Of a stretch of DNA of 64,000 bases, positions 1-15,090 are shown piece after piece (within the stretch, counting starts at the first letter, position 1; every line of letters begins with the position of its first letter). The position numbers and the translations under genes were made by a program. This DNA comes from Octopus vulgaris (Eukaryota), in contig OX597815.1 of assembly GCA_951406725.2 (NCBI GenBank), positions 73,470,001 to 73,534,000 of the forward strand, given 5' to 3'. Below the pieces are notes generated by a model. The model did no database searches. It was not told the DNA's origin and saw nothing but the letters and a program-made list of their open reading frames with translations.

Positions 1-554
1 GTTTATATTCCCATAACCTAGTGGTTCAACAAAAGAGCCCAATACAATGAATACCAGGCTTAAAAAAAAATCACCACTGGGGCCAGTTTGTTTAACTAAA
101 ATCTCAAGGCAGTGCCCCACTATGGCCACAGTCCAATGACTGAAATAAGTAAAATGTGCATGTGTGTGTATATATATATATAAAACTAGCTGTATGTGGT
201 TGCTTATCATGCTAGTAATAGTGGGAAACTCTTCTTCACTCTCATCTCTATGACATTCCTGTAAATAAGTCAATCACTGATGAAAATATGTTTAAACATC
301 TCATTTTTTAATATGTAAAGGGAGTTTGTATGCAGTGACACATATTTAGCTGGAGGTTTTGAGTCAAATTCAGTCTTTTCAATTTACAATTAACAAGATA
401 GGGGTAAAATATTTGAAAAATTTTACTTGAGTGAAGTAAAATTTCACAAATTCTACAAATATTACTTTACTCTTCTACTTTAACCCTAGGCCAACCAATG
501 CCTTGTGAGTGGATGTTGTAGACAGAAACTGAAAGAAGCCCATTGTGTGTGTGC

Positions 555-624
<70 letters not shown>

Positions 625-866
625 TAAATATTTTGAATTATGTAAGTAATTCCTTTGTTAAAGGCCGAAACCGAGGTATGCATTTAAGTCTGTTTTTTAT
701 ATAAATTTTCATCTGTCCTGCCCGCCAAATTTGGTTCTGGTGTTCGCTGAATTTTTCCTCTAGAGAATTTCCTTTGTAGTTTGATCGTTGATGATCTGTT
801 TCTAGCATTCGGCTGGCTACCTAGCAGTCCAGCCCTGCCAATATACACACATATATATATATATAC

Positions 867-913
<47 letters not shown>

Positions 914-932
914 GCTGGACCATGTTGTACCT

Positions 933-1530
933 GGCCTTCTTCCTGAGTCACAATGTGGCTTTCTGTCAAATCGAGGCACAACTGATGTGCTCTTTACTAT
1001 CCAACGAGGTTAATGAGAAGTGCAGAGAACAACTGTATTGATCTGCATCAGTGTTTCACTGATCTTAGCAAACTGGGGTGTCCAGATATGTCCACAGGGA
1101 TCCTTTGATTTCTTAATAACATGAAAACATTGCTTTGTGCTGATGGTTGAACTACTAGAACCCATCTCAGTTGAATCTGTTATTAAACTGGGTGATATCC
1201 TGGTCCCTACAATGCTATTGTTACCTTGTGAGCTTAACACTTAGCACACAGCAATACTGGTATCTACATTTGTTACTGTACAAGAAGGAAGTTTTTCAAA
1301 ATCTGTTGCTTTACTGTAGTAACAAAAATTTTCATGACTCTCATTCATGATCTCCTTTATTCTGATGATTCCTGTCTCATGATCCACAGTGAGGAAGGCC
1401 AGGGACTCCTCATGGGGTCTTTTCAACTGTGTGTGATGAATTTGGACTTACAATCAGTCTTAGAAGTCTTTAGCCATGCTACAACCAGCGCCAGGTAAGC
1501 CATATATTCCACCATTGATATACATCAAGT
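933..1530 (+). mobile_element. Degraded RTE-clade (BovB-like) LINE reverse transcriptase fragment
   Basis: Frameshifted motifs GLLPESQCGF..RGTTD, EKCREQ, HDLLYSDD (YADD box) and CDEFGLTIS. Confidence 0.8.
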
Positions 1531-1989
1531 TTAGAAGTCATGGATATGCTTTTCTCTCCTAGTAACACACTATATATATATATTATTCTTTTATTTGTTT
1601 CAGTCATTTGACTGCAGCCATGCTGGAGCACCACCTTTAGTCGAACAAATCGACCCCAGGACTTATTCTTTGTAAGCCTAGTACTTATTCTATTGGTCTC
1701 TTTTTGCTGAACTGCTAAGCTACAGGGGACGTAAACACATCAGCATCGGTTGTCAAGCTATGTTGGGGGGGGGACAAACATAGACATACAAACATATATA
1801 TATATGCATATATACAACGGGCTTCTTTCAGTTTCCATCTACAGAATCCACTCACAAAGCTTTGGTTGGCCCAAGACATGGCTTTAGATTCAGTCCCACT
1901 GCATGGTATCTTGGGCAAGTGTTTTCTACTATAGCGTGAAGCAAATCAAAGCTTTTTGAGTACATCTGGTGGACAGAAAGTGAAGGATG

Positions 1990-2307
<318 letters not shown>

Positions 2308-2589
2308 TCCTTTCCTTTCCTTGATTCTAAAAAAATCTGCCTCAACAAGATTCTGTTTGACCCATATAATCATGCATATATATCCACTGCATATTACCTG
2401 TCAAACAAGTTACTCTTAACACTGTGCTCAGGTTGAAAATTCCATGTCTTACCTTCCTTCAACAGCTTGCAAGAAATTTTGAAAACTTTGATTAACAATG
2501 GTAATTTAGATACACTAATTTCTAGGAATGATATTATTATGTCTATGTCTTATTACAGCTATAGCTTAAATATGTTTTTATGTATTTAC

Positions 2590-2669
2590 CTGACCACTGA
2601 TTCCAGCTTTTGTAATGATTTAAGATACTTTATTTGAGCTTGTGATAATTCATTCTCAAGTGACTGAAC
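2590..2669 (-). CDS. CEP112: CEP112-like exon (80 nt): [26 protein letters not shown](R/S)
   Basis: tttttctctag acceptor, gtaaat donor; no following exon found in the window. Confidence 0.82.
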
Positions 2670-5600
2670 CTAGAGAAAAATAAAACAAGATTAAAAAAAT
2701 CATTGTGTTTTAAATGTGTCAAGGAAATTTAATTTCATCAGCAATGAATTCAGTATCTATATTAGTGGTAAGATGAAGTTATGTAGTTAGCACAGAGGAT
2801 AGATAGTTAGTATGCTAGTTATAGTATCTTATAATTGTGAGATCAGATCCTTCAAAGGCAAAATTTGTCAGTCATGTGGGCTTGGGTTCAATCCTACTGT
2901 GAAGCACTTTAGGCATCTTTTTCTACAGCCCCTGGCTGACGAATGTCTTGTGAATGGATTAGGTAGATAGAAACTGTATATGTATGTAAATGATGGGCTT
3001 CTTTCAGTTTCCATCTGACAAATCCACTCTGCAAGGCACTGGTTGGCCAAGGACTATAGAAGACTGAACCCAAAACTATGGGACTGGGAAGCAAATTTTT
3101 TAATTTCACAACCACACCTGGTTAGCACTGCAGAGAAGGAGGTAACCTCTCATTAAGTTGAATTCACAAAAAGAACATCAGTTTTATTTTCATTTATGAA
3201 CATGGCTAAATGAACAAGAGTAAAATATGACTCTTGCACAGCCTCAGTCATGGTTTATTCCTTTTAACTGTCTGATTTAGAAATCAGTGATAAAGAAACC
3301 TGATGATAAAAGGATCAAAACTGATCAAAGAAAATGAGTGATACCAAACTTCATAATCAGGTTCAAGCTCCAGACTTTTTCCTCTTATCTGACTAAAATG
3401 TCTTGTAGCAAAGTTTATTTAGAATGAATATGCATGTTATCATTTTGATTTTTGCTGTTCTCTGTGTGCTTGGTAATTTATTATTGCTTTGGCAAACATG
3501 AGCATGCATCAATAAATAACTTGCTTCCTGAATTCTGTAAAAAAAGAGCCACTAATCTCTCTCAGATCCATTGATCTGGGGGTAGCTTTGACTAAAGAGG
3601 TACAACCAGGTCAAAACACGTGTGTCAAAGTCCCCTTGAGTCAATGAATTAAGTGTGTTTGTTAACACACATCACCTGAACGAAGATGGTGTTCTCTGAT
3701 GGTGAAATACAACAGTGACTAGCATATTCACATTCAAATCTACTGGAACATATTAAGAATGAATATTTACATTATTGTTATGATTCTTGTTGTCCACTGT
3801 ACCCATGATGATTACTGTTGGTTGGCACCATACCTGTTCCACATTAAATCATGCTGGTGCCACATTAATTGCTCCCTGCACATACTGTAAAACAGCTGGC
3901 ATTAGTAAGGGCATCCAGCCATAGAAATCTAGCCAAATCAGAGTGGAACCTGGTGCAGCTCCTCTGTTTGCCAACTCTGGTCAAACCATCCAACCCATGC
4001 CAGTATGGAAAACAAATGTTAAAGGATGATGATGATGATGATGATGATAGACATCAATGCACATCAGCAGATAATTTATTTGCTGAATTCTATAAGCAAG
4101 AGCCACAAACTCTTGTTAAATTCATTAGTCCAGGGTAGTTTTATCTGAGGAGACACAATGATATCGAAACACTGGGTGTCACAAAATACCCTGACCCAAA
4201 TGAACCAAGTGTATTATGATATTATGAACACACATTTATCTGAAAGATGTCATTCTTCAATAACAAAATACAATAACGATTAACATATTAACATTTAAAT
4301 TTGCCAAAACATATTAAGAACTAATATCATTTTGATTCTTGCTGTCCTCTGTGCAAATTGATAAATTAATAGCATAAAGCAACCTGTTCTTTAAACACCA
4401 CCATTACAGTGATCAGTTTAGTTATATAGTAAATGGGAAGCTAGAAGAAGTTCAATTTTATTTGGACAAGGTGTATTGAAGTGATAAACAACTTGCGTTA
4501 CCTTGGTAACCTGAGATTTGGTGAAAGTGGCGGAACCAGTGAGTGTTTTATAGTAGCCAAGAGATAAGAAAACTTCCATCTGTAGAAATTAGTAAACTGA
4601 TTTTTATCAGAACACCTCAGTATGCCATATATAGTGATGTTGTGTGTACAGACAGTCATCTCAGAGAGAAGGAAAACTATGTCATTGCATGTGTGTATGT
4701 ACATGTGTGTGGTGATTGCATATGTGCATGAGCATAAATAAGAGTCTATGCGTGTCTGTGTGTTTGTATGAGAGTCTGTACATGTCTGTGAGCATGACAG
4801 TCTCCAGGGTGTGTGTCTGTGTGTGAGTGTGTGTAAGTGTGTATATATTTCTGTATGTATATATGGATACGTGTATGCAATAATCACGTGAATAAGAACG
4901 TCTGTATGTTTATATGTGCATGACAGTGTGTGTGTGTGTGTGTGAGAATGTGTAAGTGTGTGTGTGTATACACCTATGTGTGTGCCTGTGCATGTGCATA
5001 TATATATATGCAAGTATCCATGTATCTGTATATATGTCTGTATGAAAGAGAGAGAAAGTGTGTGTGTGTGTGTGTGTATTTCCATGCATATTGTTTGTAT
5101 GCTTGTTGTTACTTAGTGAGACAGAGTGTGGAGACTTGAAATCAAACTAAAGATGGATGGACTCATGATTTGAATCTGTGGAGCTTCAAGATTATACGAA
5201 GAAGTTTAGAAAATTAAAAAGTGTGATTTGATTGTTATGGGAATGCAATGAGGTGAGAACAGCCGATGACTATTGGGAAATAAATGCATTATTAAACTAC
5301 TGACTAATGTTATGGAGTGGAGCAAGACAGAAATATAATAGATTTGTTTCAGAGAGTTGCAGCGAGCTAGGAACAGTTGCAGAGAAATGGTGGGGGCAGA
5401 CTATTCAACAGAATTATTTGTCCTGTAATAATAGCGTAAGAAGTCAAGCTTAATATGGTGATGGTAATTTCTAGTAGTAGTAGTGGGGGTGGTGGTGATA
5501 GTTCTGCCTGTGCAAACATTGCAGATTTTTTTGTTTTTATTTTAACTCTTGGCTGTAACTGTACATGTATATGTATCTATGCATGAGATTGTCTGTAGCT

Positions 5601-8600
5601 GTCTGTGTGCATGCCACTGTGTATTTGTGTGTGAATATGTGTAGGTGTGTGCATACACACATATGGATTGAGTCTCCCATCCATGTAGGCCATGGTGAAA
5701 TTTGAACTTGAAATGAAATGCACTAGAACAAATACTACAAATCATCTGATCAAAAGATCTTAAAGTTCCTCCAAGCCACTGCCCTGGATTAGCACATTTT
5801 TTTTTTACCTTGAAAGGAAGAGGAAAGCTAAGGTTAACCATGGAAGAATCTGAACTCAGAGCAGAAAGAGTGAAAGTCAAAGAGCATGAGTCAAAAAAAA
5901 CAAAAAAAAAACAAAACAAAGATTGAAATTCCTTCTTAAGCCAGACTCACAAGGCCAGATTCCCAGATTCTGTGGCGTTATATATTCCTCCCCTTAATAG
6001 AACACTGGTTCATCACAGGATTACTAATTTTTGCCAGCTGAGTGGACTGGAGCAATGTTAAATTAAGTGTTTTGCTCAAGAGTGCAATGCATTACCCAGT
6101 CCAGGAATTGAAACCTCAGTCTTATGATCATGAGTCCAATGTTATAACCACTAATCTCCATGCCTCCACAATAGCATGAGTATTTATCTGATATGCTAAA
6201 GACTCTACAAAAGGCCACCTTAGTCAGGGTGTCATTGTTTTGGTAGCTATGGTTTCTAGTAAAGGTGATGTCAGTCAGTAGTGATGATAGTGTTAGTGAC
6301 AAAGTAGTAAAAAGTGCCCATGTGGCACCACGTAAAAGCAACTGTGCAGTGTCACATAAAAGCGCCTGTGCAGTGCCACATAAAAGCACCTGTGCAATAC
6401 TACATAAAAGCACTCATCCAGTGCCACATAAAAGCATCCAGCACACTCTGTAAAGTGGTTGGTGTTAAGAAGGGCATCCAGCTGTAGAAAACCATGCCAA
6501 ATCAGACTGGAGTCTGGTGCAGCTCCCCATCTTGCTAGCTCTGGTCAAAGCACCCAACCCATGCCAGCATGGACAATAGATATTAAATGAAGATGATGAT
6601 GAATACTAGTTTGCAGGGAAGAAAATTGTAAGTTCACCTGTTTATCATGGAGCTCTTCCAGATGATGTTTATCAGCATTATAAGTGTTTTCTAATTCCTG
6701 TAAAAAAACAAAACAAAAAAAACATCAATTGAGACAATTGAAAGGAAGTAATACCATAATCTTACTTCAATGAAATAATCATAAAAACATAAAAAATGAT
6801 TTTTTAATTCTCTGATTTCATTCTTTCACTAAAAGAGACACATTAAACCTTCTCCCAGTGTTTGGTTTTTATTCTTTTGTTTGTTTCAGTCATTAGACTA
6901 CAGACATGCTGGAGCACCAATTTAAGGAATTTTAGTTAACTAATTGGCCCCACTACTAATTTTCTTTTTAAGCCTGGTATTTATTCTATTGACACTTTTG
7001 CTGAGCCACTAAGTTATGGGGGATGTAAACACACCAACACCGATTGTTGGTAGTGAGGAACAAACACAGACACAAAGAGACACACACAAACCCTTGCACA
7101 CACACTGTCTCTCTCTCTCACACACACACACACATGTAACGGTTTCCTTTCAGTTTCTGTCTACCAAATTCACTCACAAGATTTTGTCGGTCTGAGGCTA
7201 TAGTAGAAGACACATGCCCAAGGTGCCATGCAATGGGACTGAACCCAAAACATGTAGTTGGAAAGCAAACTCATTAGCTCTGTACCACAGTGAGAATAAC
7301 TCAGGGGTCTTAAAATTTTTTTTTTAATAATTTTTGCCTCATTATGTAATTATTTCTAATTTAGACATAAGGCGAGCAATTTAGAGAAAAGGGTCAGTAG
7401 ATACCATTGAGTTCAGTCTATGACCAGTACTTTATTGCATCAACTCCTGGGGGAAGAAAGGCAAAGCTGACACCAATAGGATTCAAACTCAGAATGTAAA
7501 GAGCTGGAACAAGAACTGTAAGGTATTTTACCCAACACTCTAATAATGATTCCGTTGTTCTTCTGACCTTCTGTCTCATTAATAATAGTTCTTGTCCCTT
7601 TATCACACTTTAGCCTCCCAACACCTGACACACAGACACCTCCCTCAATACTGCACTCCTACTCAGTTGAGGGGTATGGTGTTGCAAATTACTTGGTGAC
7701 TTCATACCTGTTGTTGCCACTAAAGAAAGGAGCACCCTGTTACAATATGTAAAGTGATTGGCATTAGAAAAGACATCTAGATGTAGAAACCCTGCCAAAG
7801 TAGACATTGGATGCAGTAATCTAGCTCATTGGATTGGATCTTGTCAAACCATCCAACCGATGCCAGTATGGAACATAGACACTAAATGAGGACGATAATG
7901 ACAACCATTATTATTATCATTATTATATTCTGAGTTCAAATTGTGCCGAGGTCAACTTTACCTTTCATCCTTTCAGGGTTGATAAATTAAGTACCAGTTG
8001 AGTACTGGGGTCGATGTAATCGACTATCCCCCTCCCCCAAATTTCAGGCCTTGTGCCTATAATAGAAAGGATTATTACTATTATTGTTGTTATTATGAGT
8101 ATTATAGTTATTAATAATAATAATTGCTCAATACAACAGATTTGCTTGTCAGTTGATTGACTATAACCAGTTGAATATGTCCCTTAGTAGCTGACAATAT
8201 ATGCATCTCTGATCATGAGCAGGAGTAGTGAGAGAACATTATAGCCATGTATTGAGAGGAATGCTTTGGGGTTTGAATAATTCACCTCTGGAAACATGAG
8301 AGTTTCATTCAACATCCTTAAATAACTCTCATTTAGGGAGCTTTTGAGTGGGATGGGATGGGCTACTCAATCTGAAGAAAATTCTAACTGGGCCCCACTT
8401 GCAAGGTCATACACTGTTTATCTTGACATAAGGTCACTATGTTGCACACATATGGTTATGACACATGTGTCTGGTGTACCCTTATCAGACAGGTAGTCAT
8501 GATGGGTATACTGGGCTTTGTATATTTGTACCCAAGTGTCACTTTGATGGCATGCACTGCTCTCTCACTCAATAATAATAATAGGTATTGTCATAACAGC

Positions 8601-11600
8601 AGTATGTATGCCCTCCAGAGATCCTGAAAATTGTAATCTCTTTTCCTTCTCCCATTCATTCTATACAGACAAACACCTCAAAAGTAAATAGATAACTCTC
8701 ATTATACTGTTTTATCTGTGCACATACCACCTAGTACTTTAAACTTGCTATAGTATTTTATACACAAAATCATGTCTAGGAAATACTAGAGTAAGTATTC
8801 AAATGCATGAAATTTCATTATTTTGTTTCTAGAAATAAATCTTTCAAGAACGATGGTATCTATTTACTTTTAAGATTATCATCATCATTAAATACCCGTT
8901 TTCTGTGCTGGCATATCTTGGACAGTTTGACCATATCTTGTAAGGCCAGGGGCTGCACCAGGCTCCATAGTCTGTTTTGAGACATCTATGTATATCTGTC
9001 ATTCTGAGACTGTGGTTCCCCCATTATTTCAAAATTTTATATTTGAACATTATATTGGCTCTATGATTTGAAAGAGAAACATTTTAAAGCATAACTTGTT
9101 TCTCTATGCACTTTTCAGTTTCCACAGTTACTTTATTCTGCTTGTCAAGTAAATAGGACAGATAAAAATTTAGTGTCTTGTCCATGCTACCAGCAAAAGA
9201 AAGTAAAAACACATGATTTTTGTTTTTTTTAACTGAGAAACTAATATCATTTTCACCTGGCTGACATTCACCTAAGATGAAAGCCACTCCTAACCAATAT
9301 AACTTTCAAAGCCAAGATAAGGTGGAAAAAAACAACAAAAAAACAACAACCTTAATTTGTCTGTGCCGTTCACTTTCTGTGTCTTGGAGTTTCTGCTTTA
9401 GCTGCTGGATACATTTTCCTTGTTCAATATTCGATTCTGATAGCTGCAAAGAGAAAAGTATTAATTTTTACACAGCAGAACATGTTTCAAGTTGAAGCCA
9501 AATTTAAGCAACAACTGTAGATTGAGGAAATTAACCCTTTTGATACCAACCCACCTGAGACTGTTCCTAGTTCTATGATGCAAACTTCATGCTTTAAGGT
9601 GATCTAAATTAAGACCTTCCATCAAAATTTCCTCTTAATTTATATTCCAAACACCAGCTTACTAAGGACAAAATTATTTTGATAAATTCTTCATTATTTT
9701 CAAGATTAATTGAAACAAAAGCAGTATTTTTCAACAGAAATATGGTAACAAAAGGGTTAGAGTGATCTAAAGTAAAATCTTCCATCAAAGTTTCCTCTTA
9801 ATTCATGTTCCAAACACCAGCTTAATAGTGACAAAGTTGTTCTACTAAATTCTTCAAAATCAAGTGAAACAAAGGCAAAATATTTCAAAAGAAATATAAA
9901 CGGAAGGGTTAATTAACAGTATTTGCTACTAATTAAATATATATCTCATAAAGATTACAGTGCTGTGAGCATTATTTCAACTTTGTCTAAGAAAAACCAT
10001 TAAATCATTGCTATAATACTGTTAACAGACCTTCTTTCTCTTTTATCTTTTACTTATTTCAGCCATTGGACTGTGGCCAGGCTGGGGCACCACTTTGAAG
10101 GGTTTAGTAGAATTAATTAACCCCAATACTTATTATTTAAAAAAAAAAGTCTCATACTTATTTTATCAGTCTCTTTCATTGAATCACTATGTTAGAGCGA
10201 CTAAATAAACCAATGCCAGCTGTCAAATGGTGAGGAAAAAACACAAAGAACACACGCACATATGCATATGCACATGTGTGCATACAGGAGCCCCCCCATC
10301 AGTCACTTGAACATGCATCAGCACAAGTATGCAAAACCCTAAGCATGATATTTTTAAATGAATGCACGTCTCTTCCCTCCGTGCCTTCAATGTTTATATC
10401 CAAAGGGATGGCCACCAACTTAGGTCAATACAACTTGGCACCAATACTAGTTTCAAATTTTGGCACAAGGCCAGTAATTTCGGGGCAGGGACCAAGTCAA
10501 TTACATCAACCCCCAGCGCTCAACTGAGACATTGCTCTCAGAGTACAAAGAGCTAGAACAGATACTGCTAAGCATTTTGCATGAGTCTCTGGATTGGTAC
10601 TTTCTCATCAACCTTAACCTTTTAGCATTTAAACCAGTCAAATCCGGTTGAAATATTCTCCCTGTGTTATGTTCAAACTGACCAGATCTGGCTTCTCACA
10701 CTTATCCTGTGATGTCATCCTAAAAATAATCAATCGCGTCATCAAAATCTCTAAACTACAAAATAACGCATGATTAATTCAAAACAACATGAATAAATGA
10801 GCAGGCTGTGTAGTAAGTAACTTACTTCCCAACCACATGGTTCTGGGTTCAGTCCCACTGCGTGACACCTTAGGCAAGTGTCTTCTACTATAGCCTCAGG
10901 CCGATCAAAGCCTTGTGAGTGGATTTGGTACATGGAAACTGAAAGAAGCCCATCGTATATATGTGTGTATGTGTGTGCATTTGTGTCTGCCACTCCAACA
11001 TCACTTGACAACCGATGCTGGTGTGTTTACATCCCCATAACTTAGCAGTTCGCCAAAATAGACCGATAGAATAAGTACTAGGCTTACAAAGAATAAGTCC
11101 TAGGGTCGATTTGCTTGATTAAAGGTGGTGCTCTAGCATGGCCGCAGCCAAATGACTGAAACAAATAAAAGAATAAAATAAACAAGCATTATATATTTGA
11201 CAGGCATATTAAATAAAGTTGACTGTGGCAGGATCTGAACTCAGAGAGGTGGAACAAATACCATGAAGCTGTCTATATTCTATTCAACACTGTAATGCCT
11301 CAGCCAACTTGCAGCCTTCATGCTTATTTCAAAAAGACAGTATAGCAACAGTACAACCACCATATAACCACAGTATGACAATTGTATAACTAGCATATAA
11401 CCATTATATAACCACTGTAGAACCACCACAGTATAACGGCAATACAACCACAGTAAACCATCATATAATAACAATACAACCACAGTATAACCATTGTATA
11501 ACCACTGCATAACGGGTAAGAGTAAAGACCCCGTTTGGTCCTGAATGACCATAGGATTGCACCTAGAAAGTCCCCTTCTGAAACATGGTTGTTTATGGAA

Positions 11601-13392
11601 GACCAGCAGTCACTCATGCATACCAGCCTCCCCTCTCTATGCCACTGATGTTATCCAAGGGAAATGCAAACACTGATACAGCTTGGCACCACTGACGATG
11701 CAACTCATTTCTACAGCTGAGCAAACTGGAGCAATGTGAAATAAAGTGTCTTGCTCAAGAACACAATACGCAGCCTGGTCTAGGAATCGAACTCACCACC
11801 TCATGATTGTGAGCCCAATGCTCTAACTACTGAACCACGTGCCTTCAGCAGTATAACCACTGAATAACCACCACAGTATAATAACAGTACAACCACTATG
11901 TAACCACAATACAACTACAGTATAACTATTGTAAAACCACAGTATAACCATCATATGAGTAACATGTAACCATATTATAACTTTTGTATAACCACCAGAG
12001 TATAATGACAATACAACCACAGTATAACCACTATAAAACCACTGTATAACCATCATATGACTAACATACAACCACAGTATAACCATTGTATGATTAACAT
12101 ACAACCTCAGTATAACCATTGTATAACCACTGTATAACCATCATATAACTAACATATATCCATTGTATAACCACCACAGTATAAAGACAATACATCCACA
12201 ATACAACCACTATACAACCACTGTATGACTAAACCACTGTATAACCATTGTATAACTAGCATGTGACCACTGTATAACCCTTGCATAACCACAGTATAAC
12301 TACAATATAACCCTGTACAATCACTGTATAGCCACAATATACAGCAGGAATAACTACAGCTGTTATTTACCTGGCTATTAAGTTCTTTATATTTTTTTTC
12401 CGTGTTTGCGTATGTTGTTCTGAACTGTTCTTCCATGTCTGAAACCTTTTTACTGTGTTGTTGTTGCAAATCATTGAGTTTTTCTGATAGTTTGGATTCA
12501 CTGAAATATTTCATTTAAGGAAAATCAAAGCAAGAATAATAACTGTAAACAACAATAATGACAATTACAGCATGGAATGAAGGCACATATTAGCCACTCA
12601 AAAACACGTAGAGACTGTTTAAACATTTATTATTTATCTTTTATCTGCTTCAGTCATTAGACTACAGGCCATGCTGGGACACAGCCTTGGAAAAGTTTTA
12701 GTCAAATGAATTGACCCTAGTACTTATTGCTATTTTTTTTTTTAAGCTTGCTACTCATTCTATCAGTCCCCTTTTGCTGAACCATTGAGTTACAGGAATG
12801 TAAACAAACCAACATTGGTTGTCAAGCGGTGGTGGGGACAAAAACTCAGACATACACACACACATATATACAACACGCTTCTTTCAGTTTCTGTCTACCA
12901 AATCCACTCACAAGGTTTTGGTTGGCCCAAGGCTATAATGGAAAACACTTAACCAAGGTGCCATTCAGCGGGCCTGAGCCCTGAACCATGTGGTTGGGAA
13001 GCAAACTTCGTACCATACAGCCATGCCTGTGTCTATGTATATAGATGAAATTATATTTATGACCCAACCCTGAAACCTATATATATATATATATATATAT
13101 ATACAAAGTAAGATAGGAGTTATGGGGGTAACCCACTATAGGATATTATCTATGCAATATACTGTTGGTAAAGTACCCAGCTGAAACAGCTATAAGAAGT
13201 GATTTTATTGATTTTAATAATTTATATTATGACTTTTATAATTTGTATTCTTATCTCATATGTATTGAATTATAAGATATATATGTATGATATTGAGGTT
13301 CTCATTTTGTTAAATGAATAAATAATCCAACATTCTAATATCCGAAAGTTGATGAACAAACTAAATTTATTTCTCCATTTTCTTATTTGTAT

Positions 13393-13439
<47 letters not shown>

Positions 13440-15012
13440 TGACCCACAACCTCACCTCAAACTACTTGTAGCGGAATCATATCAGTGACCAGGTCACAGT
13501 TGGTGTGATGAAAATTTTGACCACAAATAATGTCTAAATGTTTGCCCATTTTAGCATCACCATGTGTCTTCTATGCTGTAATTATACATCTTTGAAATAA
13601 TAATGATGATTTCTAACTTTGGCATTGAGGCATTAGGGTGTTGGCCTCATGATTGTAAGGTTGTGACTTTGATTCTTGGACTGGGTGGTGTTGTGTTCTT
13701 GAGCAAAATACTTCATTTCATGTTGCTCCAGTTCACTCAGCTGGCAAAAATGAGTAATGCTGCAAAGGATCAGCACCCTGTTCAGGTGGGGAATATATAT
13801 ATATCATGGAAACTGGGAAATCAGCCCTCATGAGTTTATATCATTTGGGAAAGAACTTTATTTTTACTAACTTTGGCATATGGTAGAGGAGCCGTAACTG
13901 AATCAGCATCAGCTTTTGAGACCATAGAGTGCTATAAAAACAAAGCAGGCCTTGGTGGAATTTGAACTCATAATATAGTGAGACACCATCATAATAATCA
14001 TTTAATGCTAAGGAGCCAACAGGTCTAAGGGCTGCATCATACTCCAGTGTCTGATTTTGCATGGTTTCTATAGTTACATGCCCTTCTCATGTTAATCAAT
14101 TTAAGGAATGTACTGGATGCTAGTTTTGTGCCATCAGCACTTGTGAGGTTGCCATGCAGCCTGTAAGATTGCATGGCAACCTGTAAGGTGGGAAGTTTTA
14201 TGCTAGGGAATGAAGGGTTAAAGAATGACAGAAAGGGCAAGAGCAGAAAAGGTCCCCAGGATGTAGAGGAGTTACATAACTCATATTTTAGAAGAGAAGG
14301 TGAAATTGATCTGGAAGAGCTAGAAAGCTCCACCACCACCACCACCACCATCATCATCATCATTATCATCATCACCGCCACCGCCACAATCATCATCATC
14401 ATTATTATTTATCTCTAACATAGGCACAAGGTTGGAAATTTTTTGTAGGGAAGGGGATAGTTGATGAAATGAACCCTGGTACTTGACTGGTACTTCATTT
14501 TACTAGGCTCCAAAGGAATGGAAGTCAACGATGACTTCAGCAAGATTTGAACTCAGAACATAAGGAGCCAGAAGAAATAACACAAGGTATATTGTCTGAT
14601 GCTTTTAATGATTTTCTACTCCACTCTTAAAACAATAATTACTACTCATTTAGACACAAAGCTATCAGTTTTGGAGGAAGGGGCTGGTTGATTAAATGAA
14701 CCCTACTAATTTATTGGTACTTTCTTTTATGAATGGCAAAATTAACCTTGTTGAAATGTGAAATCAGAACATAAGGAACCAGAAGGCATTTAAGTTTAAT
14801 GAACTAATGACTCTGCAAATCCACTACCCTTAAAATATTACAGTTCTATATTTAGGAGATGAGGAATTATGTACATTATTTACATTTGATGGATATTTGT
14901 CCTCATCTTGTTTGTTGTTAACACAATGTTTTGGCTGATATACTCTCCAGCCTTCATCAGATGTCTTGGGGAAATTTCAAACCTGGGTTATCATTCCTAA
15001 GGTATTTTTTGA

Positions 15013-15055
<43 letters not shown>

Positions 15056-15059
15056 GTTG

Positions 15060-15090
<31 letters not shown>

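Noticed and set aside
200-262. Minus-strand acceptor near 260 as the next CEP112 exon
   Set aside because: The required frame hits a stop without a donor and shows no resemblance to the expected peptide.
9096-9140. Possible extra exon [15 protein letters not shown] on the minus strand
   Set aside because: Weak donor (gttatg), and the exon at 6638-6697 already fills this position with the expected length.
10803-10870. tRNA-like A/B boxes at SINE heads
   Set aside because: No complete cloverleaf; they belong to dispersed SINEs.
13160-13200. Half-hammerhead gttgg..ccagc-tgaaacagctataag
   Set aside because: No CUGANGA upstream of the stem; at best a heavily decayed Penelope-type end.
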